Shown: one piece after another, positions 1-10,800 of the stretch
Position numbering within the stretch: position 1 is the first letter of the stretch
Layout: every line of letters begins with the position of its first letter
Translations under genes and position numbers: made by a program
The notes under the pieces: generated by a model
What the model saw: only the letters and a program-made list of their open reading frames with translations
Database searches by the model: none
What the model was told of the DNA's origin: nothing
NCBI GenBank assembly: GCA_965261735.1
Contig: OZ253470.1
Location: 1,888,001 to 1,952,000, forward strand
Origin: Alphaproteobacteria bacterium
Lineage (GTDB): Bacteria > Pseudomonadota > Alphaproteobacteria > SHVV01
DNA length: 64,000 nucleotides
Reading direction: 5' to 3'

Positions 1-2
1 TC

Positions 3-779
3 CATCTCTTCCCCGCTTGGCTCCTCGGTGACGGTCTAGACAGCAACGACGGCGCACGCCGTGCCAATCTCTCGGCGACCGCGCAACGCTATCTCGACCG
101 ACTTGACCTGAATGTCGAAGATCTGTTCCACCATGTCCTTACCGTCATGCACGATCCCGCCTACCGCGAAGACAATGCTGGCGGATTCCGCATGGGATGG
201 CCCCACATCCCATTACCAGGCTGGCCCGACGGTGACGCTGAAAGCGCGAAAACGGCACTCGCCCGGTCAGCAGCGCTCGGGCGCGAACTCGCTGCGCTGC
301 TCGATCCTAATACCCCCGTTCCCGGCATTACGCAGGCACCGCTGAGGCCGGAGATCGCCACCACCGCTGTTCCCGCCACCGCCATCGGGCGCAATATGGT
401 GAATGACGATTTCACGGTTACCGCAGGCTGGGGCCACTACGGCCAAGGTGATGCCGTGATGCCCGGTCAAGGTCGAGTCACTGAACGCGCCTTCGCGTCG
501 GAGGAACGCGCCGCAATGGGCGACGCCCTGCCTGTTCTTGGCGAAACGACCTTAGACGTGTACCTCAATAGTACGGCGTTCTGGCGTAACGTCCCGGCAG
601 CCATCTGGGCCTACAAGCTCGGCGGCTATCAGGTTCTCAAGAAATGGCTGTCGTACCGCGAAAGCGGTATTCTAGGCCGCCCGCTCAACGCAGAAGAAGT
701 CCGGCACTTCACCGACACAGCAAGAAGGATCGCGGCGATTATAATTGGACAGGGTCGGAACATCATACATGACAGATAA
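3..779 (+). CDS. C-terminal (specificity) part of a Type ISP-like restriction-modification enzyme; 5' end outside window
   Basis: Frame is open from base 3 (HLFPAWL...EDLFHHVLTVMHDPAYREDN...WPHIPLP...VPAAIWAYKLGGYQVLKKWLSYRE); these motifs match the Type ISP C-terminal domain. Confidence 0.75.
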   Translation, partial: HLFPAWLLGDGLDSNDGARRANLSATAQRYLDRLDLNVEDLFHHVLTVMHDPAYREDNAGGFRMGWPHIPLPGWPDGDAESAKTALARSAALGRELAALLDPNTPVPGITQAPLRPEIATTAVPATAIGRNMVNDDFTVTAGWGHYGQGDAVMPGQGRVTERAFASEERAAMGDALPVLGETTLDVYLNSTAFWRNVPAAIWAYKLGGYQVLKKWLSYRESGILGRPLNAEEVRHFTDTARRIAAIIIGQGRNIIHDR

Positions 780-1551
780 CCACGCCATTCAGAGTTTGCA
801 GAAACTAGGTGCTGCGGTGCAACGATTGGTAGAACCCCTTCAGCCCTTCATTCAATCAATGCAACGTGTCTCTCAGGCTATCGCGCCTGTCCTCGAAGGG
901 ATAGCTCCGTACATCGAACACTTTGTGAAATATCACAAATTCATCGATTCAGTCCGTCCAACGGGCTGGCTACCTTATCATACTGTATCATTGGACTATG
1001 TTGAAGAATGTGGAGACGATGTTTCTCTGCTCGAAGCCCGTCTGGCAGAATTCTACGAGAACAATTGGCAAGACATCCGTCAAGATATCAAAACAAGAAT
1101 GGATCGCTATCACATATCAGGGGAAACCAAAGCGACATTTCTCGAAGCGCTTTCTGCACATGACGTGGGACACTATAGGTGTGTTTGTCGTGTGTTATTT
1201 CCGGAAATTGACAGAGAGTTTCGGATTCACTTTTTTGAAGACGCCGCTGGTTCAATTTCCTCGAAGAGAATGCTGGAGAGATTTGAGAATCGAACAACAC
1301 TAAGAGACGTCCTGCCAAGAGAGGCATATGGTTGGATACTATTTGATCGACTTGTTCATCACTTGTATGAACCAGTCCATGATAGTAATAGGGCTAAATA
1401 TGAGGAGGATTACGTTCCAAACCGTCATGCATCTACCCACGGACTTGTTCCATACTCTACGTTTAAACACAGCATGAACATGATTATTATGGCAGACTAT
1501 ATTTTTCAGATACTTACTTCGAGGGTTGAGCTGACATCGCCGAAGCAATAA
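769..1551 (+). CDS. Hypothetical protein with HEPN-like RxxxxH motif
   Basis: Low-GC ORF overlapping the upstream stop; helical; C-terminal NRHASTHG fits the HEPN R-x4-H motif. Confidence 0.55.
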   Translation: MTDNHAIQSLQKLGAAVQRLVEPLQPFIQSMQRVSQAIAPVLEGIAPYIEHFVKYHKFIDSVRPTGWLPYHTVSLDYVEECGDDVSLLEARLAEFYENNWQDIRQDIKTRMDRYHISGETKATFLEALSAHDVGHYRCVCRVLFPEIDREFRIHFFEDAAGSISSKRMLERFENRTTLRDVLPREAYGWILFDRLVHHLYEPVHDSNRAKYEEDYVPNRHASTHGLVPYSTFKHSMNMIIMADYIFQILTSRVELTSPKQ

Positions 1552-1643
1552 TGCTCCCGATCTGTTCGGTGGCCTCCACGAGATGGTTGTTGGCGAGATG
1601 CGCATAGCCCGCCGTGGTTCGGTGCCGTCGGCACCCGAGCAGG
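1514..1643 (-). pseudogene. Tyrosine integrase C-terminal remnant
   Basis: Translates LLGCRRHRTTAGYAHLANNHLVEATEQIGSII, resembling LLGHTQVQTTARYAHLANDPVK of the integrase at 62433-63578 (His replaced by Cys). Confidence 0.65.
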
Positions 1644-1834
1644 GAGAAGAACCCAGATTCGGATCGGGGCGAGTACAGGACTACGGGGCAGCGCCCGCCC
1701 GGAGGCTGGTTTGGTGAGTGGGGGCCTGAAGGGCTCGCAATGGAGCCGTTCGTGAGCGTCCCGCGTGACCGCCCTTCTGGCGGGTCAATGTGATGCCGCA
1801 GTTTTCTATGGTGACGATCCGGAGGTCGATGGTG

Positions 1835-2077
1835 CCGGACCACCTGCCGCGCGAGGAGACGGTTCTCGCGCCGGGCGATCACTGCGCGGACTGCGGCGGC
1901 CGTCTCAAGCGTCTCGGCGAGGAGCTGGAGTACAGACCGGGACGCTTCGTGGTAAGGCGCATCGTGCGCCCGTGCCTGGTCTGTCGTAGGTGTGCGACGT
2001 TCCACCAGGCGCCCTTGCCGATGCGGCCGATCGAGCGCTGCCGTCCCGGCCCCGGCCTTCTGGCCCATGTGCTGGTT
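1835..2077 (+). pseudogene. IS66-family transposase (TnpC) zinc-finger fragment
   Basis: PDHLPREETVL..CADCGGRLKRLGEELEYRPGRFVVRRIVRP..C..C..QAPLP.RPIER..PGPGLLAHVLV; similarity stops at 2077. Confidence 0.8.
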
Positions 2078-2542
2078 GTATGGACGCCTCCCGGAGCGCA
2101 AGTGCGATTTTCGTTTGGTGTAGACGTGCGATTTCAGGGCGACGGCGAAGGCCGACACCCCTGCCTGTGATGCCCTGCCCTCATTGGGGCACCTCGCTGG
2201 ATCGGCGCTCGCAAATCGATTCGTGGGGCCGGCATCGTTTGGCAGCACGTGCCACCGCCGGTCGCCGGTGCGCTGCGGGAAACCATGCCCAAGCGGCCGC
2301 ACCATCGGAGGAGAGAATATGACGGTTGTGGTACCCGGAAAGGAGCGGAATCGACACGTGGTTTCAATGCGATAGCGAAGGCCGGTGCCTTGCCTGAGAT
2401 GATCTACCGTCATCGAGGGTAAGCGTGACAAGGCTGCGCTTGTCGTTCCAACGGTGCTGACTTTCATGGCTCCAGGTTCTTCCCAACCTGGCAATGAGTG
2501 CCGAGGATACACGCGGGTTTGAGTCTTGTCGGAGACCCATAC
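2078..2542 (-). mobile_element. Non-autonomous IS110/IS1111-group derivative (internal deletion)
   Basis: Imperfect IRs GTATGGACGCCTCC (2078-2091) and GGAGACCCATAC (2531-2542); minus-strand ATG at 2467 gives MKVSTVG, like IS110 transposase starts (MKxTTIGIDLAK); the rest is ~370 nt of apparently non-coding sequence ending CTTGC...GGGAGGCGTCCATAC. Confidence 0.6.
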
Positions 2543-3113
2543 GGTGCCCCGACGGGCCGAGAAAGGCGGCGGCTCCAATGCCCCGCTCCCGATGCAGGAG
2601 GAGAACCGCTCTGGAGCTACCCGGCCTGCGGCGCATGCCGGTCGATCGCGCTGTCGCGCAGCGTCTGTTCGAGCAGGCGGAACGGCTCGAGGTCCTCGGC
2701 GGCGCGCCGGGTGACGAAGCCGGTGCGTCAGCGGCGCCGGCCGAAGGCGAGCGGCAGCGGCCTGAGCCGCGGCGCGGCCAGCCGGTCGAGGTAGTCGAGC
2801 GGCAGCCAGGCGAGCCAGGGCCCGGTCGACATCGGGAACAGGCCGGCGGCGCCGGCCCGGAGCACGGTCGCGGCGCGCCGGCCGGTGTCGCGGAACAGCC
2901 TCTCCAGCAGGCGGTCGAGGGCGGGCGGGTCGAAGTCGATCCACGGCCAGGCGGTGAGATCGCCGGGTGCGGGAGTGCCCTCCAGCAGCGGATGGCCCTC
3001 GAAGGAGGTCCCGCCGGACGACCTGACCCTGGAGCAGGCGCTCGCTCTGCTGGAGCCGCAGGAACGATGAAGCGCGGCAGCGGCATGCGGGAGGGTATCG
3101 TCTTTGGTGGTCG

Positions 3114-3323
3114 GTGCTTGCGCTCGCCGTTGTTGTTCCGGCCTTCTTCCTGCTCGGCGTATTGGTCGAGTTGCAGTTCGAGATTGTTCCCCGGCACGAT
3201 CCGAGCGGCGGCTGGAGCCGCCACATCTGGGACAACTATGGCCCTGCCATCGCCGAGTGCGCGATGGAAGCAAAGCGGGCGGACCGGGCGGTGAAGTGTT
3301 CGTTCGACGTTCGTAAACCATAA
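3114..3323 (+). CDS. Small membrane-anchored hypothetical protein, probably 5'-truncated
   Basis: Hydrophobic segment LALAVVVPAFFLLGVLV followed by a polar domain with two Cys; start unclear. Confidence 0.35.
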   Translation: MLALAVVVPAFFLLGVLVELQFEIVPRHDPSGGWSRHIWDNYGPAIAECAMEAKRADRAVKCSFDVRKP

Positions 3324-4062
3324 TCGGCGCAGGCGCTGAACCGCCGCCGCCGAACTGTGTTTTCCATGCTGTCGATCACAGGAGGCATGTCAATCAGGCA
3401 ATTATCGAGATCAGCCACGTCGCTGGAACCTACTCCCCATCGGTCGGCTGCACGGAAATGCCGTCATCCACGGCAGTCATGTCTACTGCCACATACCGCA
3501 TAAACTCCAATCCGATCGTCGTTACCTGCCCCTACGCACGCCGGGAAGCTGCAGGGCCTCGGTGTTTCCGAACTGCTCAACATTGTGCTCAACTGTTGGG
3601 ACACAAAGAGATTTTCCGTATTGTGCCGCCTATGGGTAGCCCAGAGAACATTTGCCAGGATCGGTCTCCGTCGCCGTTTGTTAAGAGAATGCGAGCTAAC
3701 ACTTGCAAGTTCTAATGCGCAGGCGAAACTGACTGCATACCTGTTCATGATGCGGCTGGTCACGAGATGCCGACCAAACGAGAACCTGTTTATCCCTGAA
3801 AGTCATCCGGCAATGAGGAGGCGATAGGGCATGGGCGTGAGTGTCGCGGATAAGCAGGAACGAGAATGCTACTTGATTTTGGATCGAGACTTATGATTCG
3901 GTCTCAAAGACCGAGCTTCCCCGCATCCCATGTGCTCTCGATGCCTCCAGCCATCTCGCGTCAAACCAATTCTCTCCATCTGTGGCAACCAATAATTGGG
4001 TCTTGCTACGTTTCTAGAGTTATGCGCAATTTGTGACAAGCACCTAACGGAAGGCATTGGGT

Positions 4063-5070
4063 ATGATCGGAAGAAAGTCTTTAACCGTTCATTATCGTCG
4101 AATGGAGGATCCTGTGGGTGCCCTGAATGGCACGACACTTGAACTCGCCGTCCGCAAGGCAATGGATATGCCGATCAATGGCACAACCATTTCTGCAAAC
4201 TGGAATGAACGAGCGTGGCTTTTTCCTCCCGAAAATACCGACACTTACCTAATGAACATTTTCCATGATGACGGGATAAGTTTTTTCGGAGATCTTACTG
4301 TCTATACAAGTGGGTTTTTGCAAACACTCCTCAAAAATGAGCCAGACGTCCCTATGCTATCAGTCGAACAACACGCTCCGCCTAATAATCGTGAATATAT
4401 TCATTCTATGATGTATTGGCTAATTGTTGGGAACCACGTTCTCCTAATTCAAAGCCGATCGTTAACCTCCAAACACCTTGAACAATATCTGACTTGGCTT
4501 CTTAAAGACAAGACCCAGGAGATGGCAGGTAACGGCCACGTCATCCTAAATGCCAAGTTTGACGGTGATCAAGTGGGCGGTGACTTAGACGACGTTAAGG
4601 AAATCATTGTAGGCGGCACGGGAGTCCTCCAAGCTGCTATGCTCGACCGGCTCCCTCCACCTCCTGCCCAGGAACGTGATGTTGAACGCCATGTCGACAT
4701 CGATGAGCAAAGAGGGTGGGGAGAACGAGCCCTACGTGTCTTGACGGCTATCATGAGCAATGAAGCGGACGTTCAGCGGTTGCTGAATACCATCCCTCAA
4801 GATGCCGACCTCGATGTCTCAGTGCGCATAGGATACAAAACCTTACGTCGAACAGTGTCTCGCGCACCCATGCAACAAGCGCTTCGTAATTTACCTGATG
4901 GGGAAATTACGGCGATTGGAAAGTATGGTCGTGTAACAGGCGAGGACATTCGCCTTAGCTATCCAATTCGTGTTCAAACGAATGGTAGCCTTTTAGACCT
5001 CGAAGACGTACGTTCAAAACTCCGCTCGGCTTACAACCACTTTGTGGAAAATGGGAAGATCGACCCTTGA
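4063..5070 (+). CDS. Hypothetical soluble protein (~335 aa), first gene of a low-GC two-gene operon
   Basis: Long ORF in a low-GC segment with GGAAGG upstream; no catalytic motif recognised. Confidence 0.8.
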   Translation: MIGRKSLTVHYRRMEDPVGALNGTTLELAVRKAMDMPINGTTISANWNERAWLFPPENTDTYLMNIFHDDGISFFGDLTVYTSGFLQTLLKNEPDVPMLSVEQHAPPNNREYIHSMMYWLIVGNHVLLIQSRSLTSKHLEQYLTWLLKDKTQEMAGNGHVILNAKFDGDQVGGDLDDVKEIIVGGTGVLQAAMLDRLPPPPAQERDVERHVDIDEQRGWGERALRVLTAIMSNEADVQRLLNTIPQDADLDVSVRIGYKTLRRTVSRAPMQQALRNLPDGEITAIGKYGRVTGEDIRLSYPIRVQTNGSLLDLEDVRSKLRSAYNHFVENGKIDP

Positions 5071-5080
5071 CGGTAGCAGG

Positions 5081-5686
5081 ATGTCTGCGGTGCGATGGGT
5101 AAAGACTAGGTGGGACTTCGCCTCTGCGTTGATTCTAGCGCTGATAGGGGGGTTGGCGCTCACGCCAGATGCACCCAAGGCAGTAACTACAGAACTCATA
5201 TCGTTTTTCAGTATTCAGGCAGCGGTAATACTTCCAGCCATGATCTTTACTGCTGGCATAATGCGTTCCAACGGTTTAGAGCATTCGCAGGCTAAGCGAT
5301 ATCATGAGGCCCTCAAACAACAAATGACCTTTTGGTCGGTATTGCTGGCCCTCGACTTCTCGTCAGTTGTTCTGTTAATTATTGGAAAGGCTACATCATG
5401 GTCCTTGCCAGCTTTACTGATAGGTAATGACTATAGCGTGAACCTCGACGCATTATATATCGCTTGCCTTTCCTTTGTTGGCTCTCTCGCTCTCTTGCGA
5501 ACCATTCCTTTTATTCGCGGCGTATTTAGTCTACTTTCTTTGAATAGCGAAATGATTTTGGCGGAGATAAGACGTAGAAATCAACAGGAGGCCAAAGAGC
5601 GCAGAAGCCACACCGAACAGAACCCTATTAAGTTGCCGAAGGGATATGGAGCCATTGTCCCCAACGAAGAAAAAGACAATAGCTGA
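5081..5686 (+). CDS. Hypothetical ~4-TM membrane protein with charged C-terminal tail
   Basis: Starts 10 nt after the upstream stop; about four hydrophobic segments. Confidence 0.8.
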   Translation: MSAVRWVKTRWDFASALILALIGGLALTPDAPKAVTTELISFFSIQAAVILPAMIFTAGIMRSNGLEHSQAKRYHEALKQQMTFWSVLLALDFSSVVLLIIGKATSWSLPALLIGNDYSVNLDALYIACLSFVGSLALLRTIPFIRGVFSLLSLNSEMILAEIRRRNQQEAKERRSHTEQNPIKLPKGYGAIVPNEEKDNS

Positions 5687-5858
5687 CTATTGCTTCAACG
5701 CCGTTGTCTTGGCGTTTAGTTTGCTTTCCTCCAATCAGGAAAGTCGTTGGAATTCTGTGCTGTCTCGAGAAAATGCTGGGCGTTTTACAACGCAACATCA
5801 CAACAAGAAACAAACCTTACTATCAACTTCTAGCGCCCTACTCAGCCTGTAGCCTAAT

Positions 5859-7874
5859 TCACTGTGCATCGCACACATCGTGATTCATTGCCCTCCGGAA
5901 TGACGACACAAGTGCAGATGCGTGTGCGATGTTGATCTGGTCCCCGTCAGTCATCCTCAGATTTTTATCGGCAAGTGCTTTGGACCAGCGCTCTGCTTCA
6001 TGTCGCCCCGCGTTTTGATCTTCTGGATCGATTGATAGGGTTGGTAAGGGTTCGCCTAGCCGACATACCATCACGGCATCCCAAGAAATCGATCGCGCAC
6101 GCTTGTGTAGACTTGCACTGCTATCGCCATAAAGGGGAAACGTACAAATTGGCGTCAACCCCGCCTTGGCCATTGCAGAGGCGATGGCGTGCCAACCACG
6201 CCCGTCCAGATTTTGGTAGGTGAATACAACCCGGCCCTCAGGCTTGCAGACTCGGCGGATCTCTCGAAAGACGTTAGCCAGTTGTCGGGCGAAACGACGC
6301 TCTGACTTACTTGTTCGAGTCATCTGTGCGATTTGCCCCTTCGGAAAACCGCCCTTTCCACGTCTGCTTATTAATCGAAAACGACGAAACCATGGACTAA
6401 AGAAATGACCGAGTTCCGAATAGGAAATGTAATCGAAGTAAGGCGGGTCGGTGAGGACAAGATCGACTGTCTCCGATAGTATATGTTTCATTTTGCGGGC
6501 ATCACCGCAAATAACCTCCGTTGAACCACCGACTGAATCCCTGGTTCGCTTGAACAGTCCTCTCGGGCTTGGCTCTCGCGGATCCTTCAGTCCTTGCGAG
6601 GCCCGCGTTACGGCGCGTACTGAATTGGGGTAGGTCCCTCGCCCGTTATTTCGGAGCCATGGGTTGATCTCCACTGGTCGAGCTATATGGCGGTATGCGC
6701 GAATCGCGAACAGGGGAGCAAGCCGGCGCCACCCGCCAGCGTAGGTACACAACATGTTGGTCGTCGTTAGGTGGTCCGAGAAGGCAAACGCCAAACCGTC
6801 ACGTGCTGCACCTTTTACATCTTCAATTGCCGCTCCCAGTAACGCGAGATGAAGTTTCTGCCGTGCGTTGAACATCTCGAGGTAGTCTCGATAGCCGTAG
6901 TCGATCAGACGGTTGTCGGATCGACCCGTTCGCGGAATCGGACCTGCAGGCAAGGTATCCGGGTTCTCCAAAAGGAGTTGCTCAAGCCGACGTTCCGCCT
7001 TCCGGTAACAAATTCGATCGAATTCAGTAGCAGAGCGGATCGTTCGATCACGGATCTTTACCCTTCGGGCGTCGCCAACCGGTAGAGTCTCTACCGCAAA
7101 CATGCGGAACGTCGGGGGTACCCCTATCCGACGCGCATAGTCAATGAGCGCCTCCTGTTGACGACATCGGGGACAACTGGCCTTGCCATGTTCAACGCGG
7201 CCACCAGAGCACGGAGTTTCCGCTCCGCATGCACAAGTCACGCTTACAGCGTCCACATCCGCCTGAATGATGGAACTGCATGCGCCACAGGCAACCCACT
7301 GCCGGGATTCAACATCACTCCAAGCAAGGCGGAATTTCGGATGCGCATCGAACAAGAAACCGCACGTTTGACAATGAACCGTCTGAACCCAGAAGGCGTG
7401 CAGCAATGTTTCGGATCGGCCGTTAGCATCCTGTGCCTCATAGAATGGAGCTAGCTCGCATCCGACAGTTTCCACCAAGTGCTGCAAGGGCTCTTCTAAG
7501 TCGGGTAGATCGCGAAGCCTCGTCTGGAAGCGCGCGATCGCCGCAGCCACCGGCTCGATATCTACTCCCCGCGCGGACGCGCCAAGACGGGAAGCCTCAA
7601 GCAGCATGACACCACCGCCGACGAAGGGATCGAGTACGGTGTACCCCTTCATCACGTCGCCCTTGTAGAAGTTCCGCCAGAACGATTCCGAATGATCGCA
7701 CGCGGAACCGACTAGAAGGGCACGTGCAGTGACGGCAAGCCGCCGCGCGAACCATTTGTGTGCTTGGTAAACATCTCGAGGACGAACGCCCTCGCGCATT
7801 GCAATTCGAGCCAGTTCGGCAACAGGCAGGTCGCCCTTGTCCAATATAGATTCGGAGGGCAACGACCGAGTCAT
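5859..7874 (-). CDS. Amino (probably N6-adenine) DNA methyltransferase, DUF1156/COG1743-like, with Zn ribbons
   Basis: N-terminal HKWFARR, motif I VLDPFVGGG, several CxxC pairs, motif IV TDPPY; start overlaps the upstream stop (ATGA). Confidence 0.85.
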   Translation of the reverse strand: MTRSLPSESILDKGDLPVAELARIAMREGVRPRDVYQAHKWFARRLAVTARALLVGSACDHSESFWRNFYKGDVMKGYTVLDPFVGGGVMLLEASRLGASARGVDIEPVAAAIARFQTRLRDLPDLEEPLQHLVETVGCELAPFYEAQDANGRSETLLHAFWVQTVHCQTCGFLFDAHPKFRLAWSDVESRQWVACGACSSIIQADVDAVSVTCACGAETPCSGGRVEHGKASCPRCRQQEALIDYARRIGVPPTFRMFAVETLPVGDARRVKIRDRTIRSATEFDRICYRKAERRLEQLLLENPDTLPAGPIPRTGRSDNRLIDYGYRDYLEMFNARQKLHLALLGAAIEDVKGAARDGLAFAFSDHLTTTNMLCTYAGGWRRLAPLFAIRAYRHIARPVEINPWLRNNGRGTYPNSVRAVTRASQGLKDPREPSPRGLFKRTRDSVGGSTEVICGDARKMKHILSETVDLVLTDPPYFDYISYSELGHFFSPWFRRFRLISRRGKGGFPKGQIAQMTRTSKSERRFARQLANVFREIRRVCKPEGRVVFTYQNLDGRGWHAIASAMAKAGLTPICTFPLYGDSSASLHKRARSISWDAVMVCRLGEPLPTLSIDPEDQNAGRHEAERWSKALADKNLRMTDGDQINIAHASALVSSFRRAMNHDVCDAQ

Positions 7875-10800
7875 CGAAATTTCAATTCACATGTCCCGAA
7901 CACCGGTAAGCTAATCTGTTCCGAGCGAGTGAGAAAACCGTCAACGAAATGTTTAAGCAAACGCGACTCTTCCAACGTGCGCCGGTCACGCGGGAGATAG
8001 TCGACAAGCGATCGACTGATAAGAGCAATGAATTTTGCTTGCGCCCGCGAGGCCGTGACATTGAAACGGTTGAGAGAATACATAAACGTCTCTTCAGCGG
8101 CGATCTGATCCGCATCCCCTAGTCCGAAACTCGCGAGCATCACTGCCTTTTCCTGACCTTGGAAGCGTTCGACAGTATCGATACTGTCGAATACGGCATT
8201 ACGATCGACCTGATCCGGGAGTACCGCAGCCAAACGATCAAATACAGCCGCCTGCTGTGCTCGATGTGGCGTGACGACGCCGACACCTCTCCGGAAAAAG
8301 TCTTCCGCTGAGTAGGGTTGTCCCTCTTCAGCTTCTAAGTCACAGAGACCGGCCCGGAACAAAGCGAGGATCAGCCCCGCGGCAAGATCCGCCTCACCGT
8401 CATTGCGCTGGCTGCTGAAGCGATCACTGTGAACGACAGCAACGAGCGGGTACTCCGGAGCGGTGATACGGGCTAAATGCGGAGAAAATGGTAATTGCTC
8501 AGGCCAGTCAATCGGCTGGATCGTTTCGATCTCCCGAACAGTGTCGATTCTTAGGTCAGCATTCCCTTCGGCAGCTTCCAAGTCTTCGCCGTATCCGGCC
8601 TCGCGCACGAACTCAACAATCTCACAATTGGAGCGGAAGCTGCGGTTTAGCATCACCGGTTCAATCTCGAACTGCGGTCCTTCATGCTTACGGTAGTGGC
8701 GGAAAAAGTCGTAGATCGACCCCACCAGGTGCTCCAAGCCGTCAGGCGCCTCAAGCGGGTGAATGGGCGCCATCTGCTTGTCATCGCCTACTACGACTAC
8801 GCGGGCACCTTCAGCGAGCTTACTAAACGCTACGACAGCGTGCGCCACGTCCAGTTGGGATGCCTCGTCGATCAATATGATGTCAAATAGTGATACGCAC
8901 TGGGCTGGTGCGCCCAGCTTGTACAATTGATCCACTGTGCTTGCGACGATCGTTACACCGTCCTCTTCGCTCAATCTTCGCTCCAGTTCCACCCGCCTGG
9001 GATTGGCGTCGTCCATGGGGACCACGAAGTCGGCCAACTGAGGATCCACGCCCCTCGTCGTCGCCCTGGAATTCAGCCGGCTCAGGCGGACATCCTCCGC
9101 GACAGCAGCGTTCACAAGAAGCTCCGGCAGACGACGAGCGACGTTGTCTATCGCCACCCATGTAAATCCGGAAATAGCGATGCGGAGCGGACGCCCCTCC
9201 CTAACGGCCTCAACGGCAATTGCGGTGAGATACGCTTGCGCTGTACGGCTCTTTCCCGTGCCAGGAGGGCCCCACCAGAGGGCGAGGCGGCGTGTAACGG
9301 CTCGAGTAATAGCTGCACTTTGACGCTCCGTTAGATCAGGCATCGACCGTTGCGCAATAGCAAGTACCGGACCTGGTGCCGCCGCTGATTCTGTTCTAGC
9401 CAACTGGTCGGCATTCCAGATGAACTCAGCGGCGGTACTGTCCGCGTCCCCGACACGCGGCCGACCTCCCCGCACCCGAGCTACATGTTGAGTCGGAAAC
9501 AATGGACGCTGCTGCGCGAGCGGAGGATTGCGGATTCCAGATCGATCCTCCAGGGTTCTGCGAAGCTTTTGGGTAAATACATCCATGGCCACGAGGTCCA
9601 GGATTCCGAAGCGACCTCTTGGGCCATCAAGGTTCATCTGCAGGAGGCCGAGCCGCAGAGTCTCGGCAAGCAGTTCACTAACTTCCACTGCTAGCAACTG
9701 ATTCCTACGATCAACTCTGAGGATATTGACCTTCAAGTCCTCACGGAGTTTTGTCCGCCACTCCCAGGGATTAATGGGTAAGGCATCCTGGATGGCCGGG
9801 TTCGTGGTTTTGAACTGCGCCACAGTAAGATCCTGGAGTTCCGGCAGATCCGCCTCGGGCAAAAACGACCAAGTGAACTCGCCTTCTTTTAAGCGCGCTT
9901 CCCTGGATCGCGCGGAAAGACGAAACAAATAAACAGTATCGTCCGCCGCCCGACCAGCAAGGCCAACTGCTTGAAGACCATCCCTACGCTCAGCCCCCAC
10001 CAATACGGCCTCGACTCGTGCCGAGTGATAGCGTGCCTCACGCTCGTGAGGAGGCATCGCCATCAAGAGGTCGACTTGTAGCCGTTGAGCAGCGGCCATG
10101 AGGCGTGTGTGCTGGTAAAGTATCTGTCCGTCGTCCCCCACTCCCGTAACCCTACCGGCTGGCTGGAAAACATCGCCGACCCGAGGTGCTTGGGATCTGA
10201 GGTCGTCTTGTAGAAACCCGATCAGCTTTTCCGCCACATAAGTGATGGCATGCAACTTTCGCCGGACTACCTTTCGCATCTCCTCCTGGTGCCACTGGAA
10301 GTCCTGATTCAAGAACGGCGAGGTTCGATTCCAGATTTCATGGCCACGCTCGGAAGGTACTTGGTCAGACAAAGGATCCCGGTAAAACTTGTTAACGTGG
10401 AACCACCATCGCTCACCGTTAGGAAGGTTTCGGCTCTCTGGCTCCAGTTCATTTGCCAAATCGATCAGGCCGTAGTGGTGCGGAATAGGCACTGCCATGA
10501 GGCTATTCACGGCGTCGGAGACAATTGTAATCGGAGAAGAGCGACTGACGAAATCGGGCTCCTCAAGCAAGCTATCTGCCGGAAACACCCAAGCTATCGG
10601 GTTGAGATCTGCTTGCCCTACCAATACTGGATCCTGCACGATATCCAAGTGACGTCCGAAAATGCGGCATAAATGATGGTACGTAAGCTGGTCCCACAAG
10701 AAGAACTGTACTGTGACGTCAGCCTTATCCGCATCACCCTGGTTGTGGTAGCCTTCCAGAATATCTGTCCGAACCCGGTGGATATCCTCGACTAGGTGTC

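Noticed and set aside
2728-3070. LysR-like fragment (minus strand) and a topoisomerase C-terminal-repeat-like DLTLEQALALL (plus strand)
   Set aside because: Short, overlapping and mutually conflicting similarities; neither call can be supported.
1514-3235. 573-aa minus-strand ORF
   Set aside because: Chance read-through across several remnants (integrase tail, antisense IS66, mini-IS110); low-complexity Arg/Pro/Ala composition.
3330-4050. Several short ORFs on both strands
   Set aside because: No coherent frame or motif; probably decayed sequence plus the promoter region of the 4063 operon.
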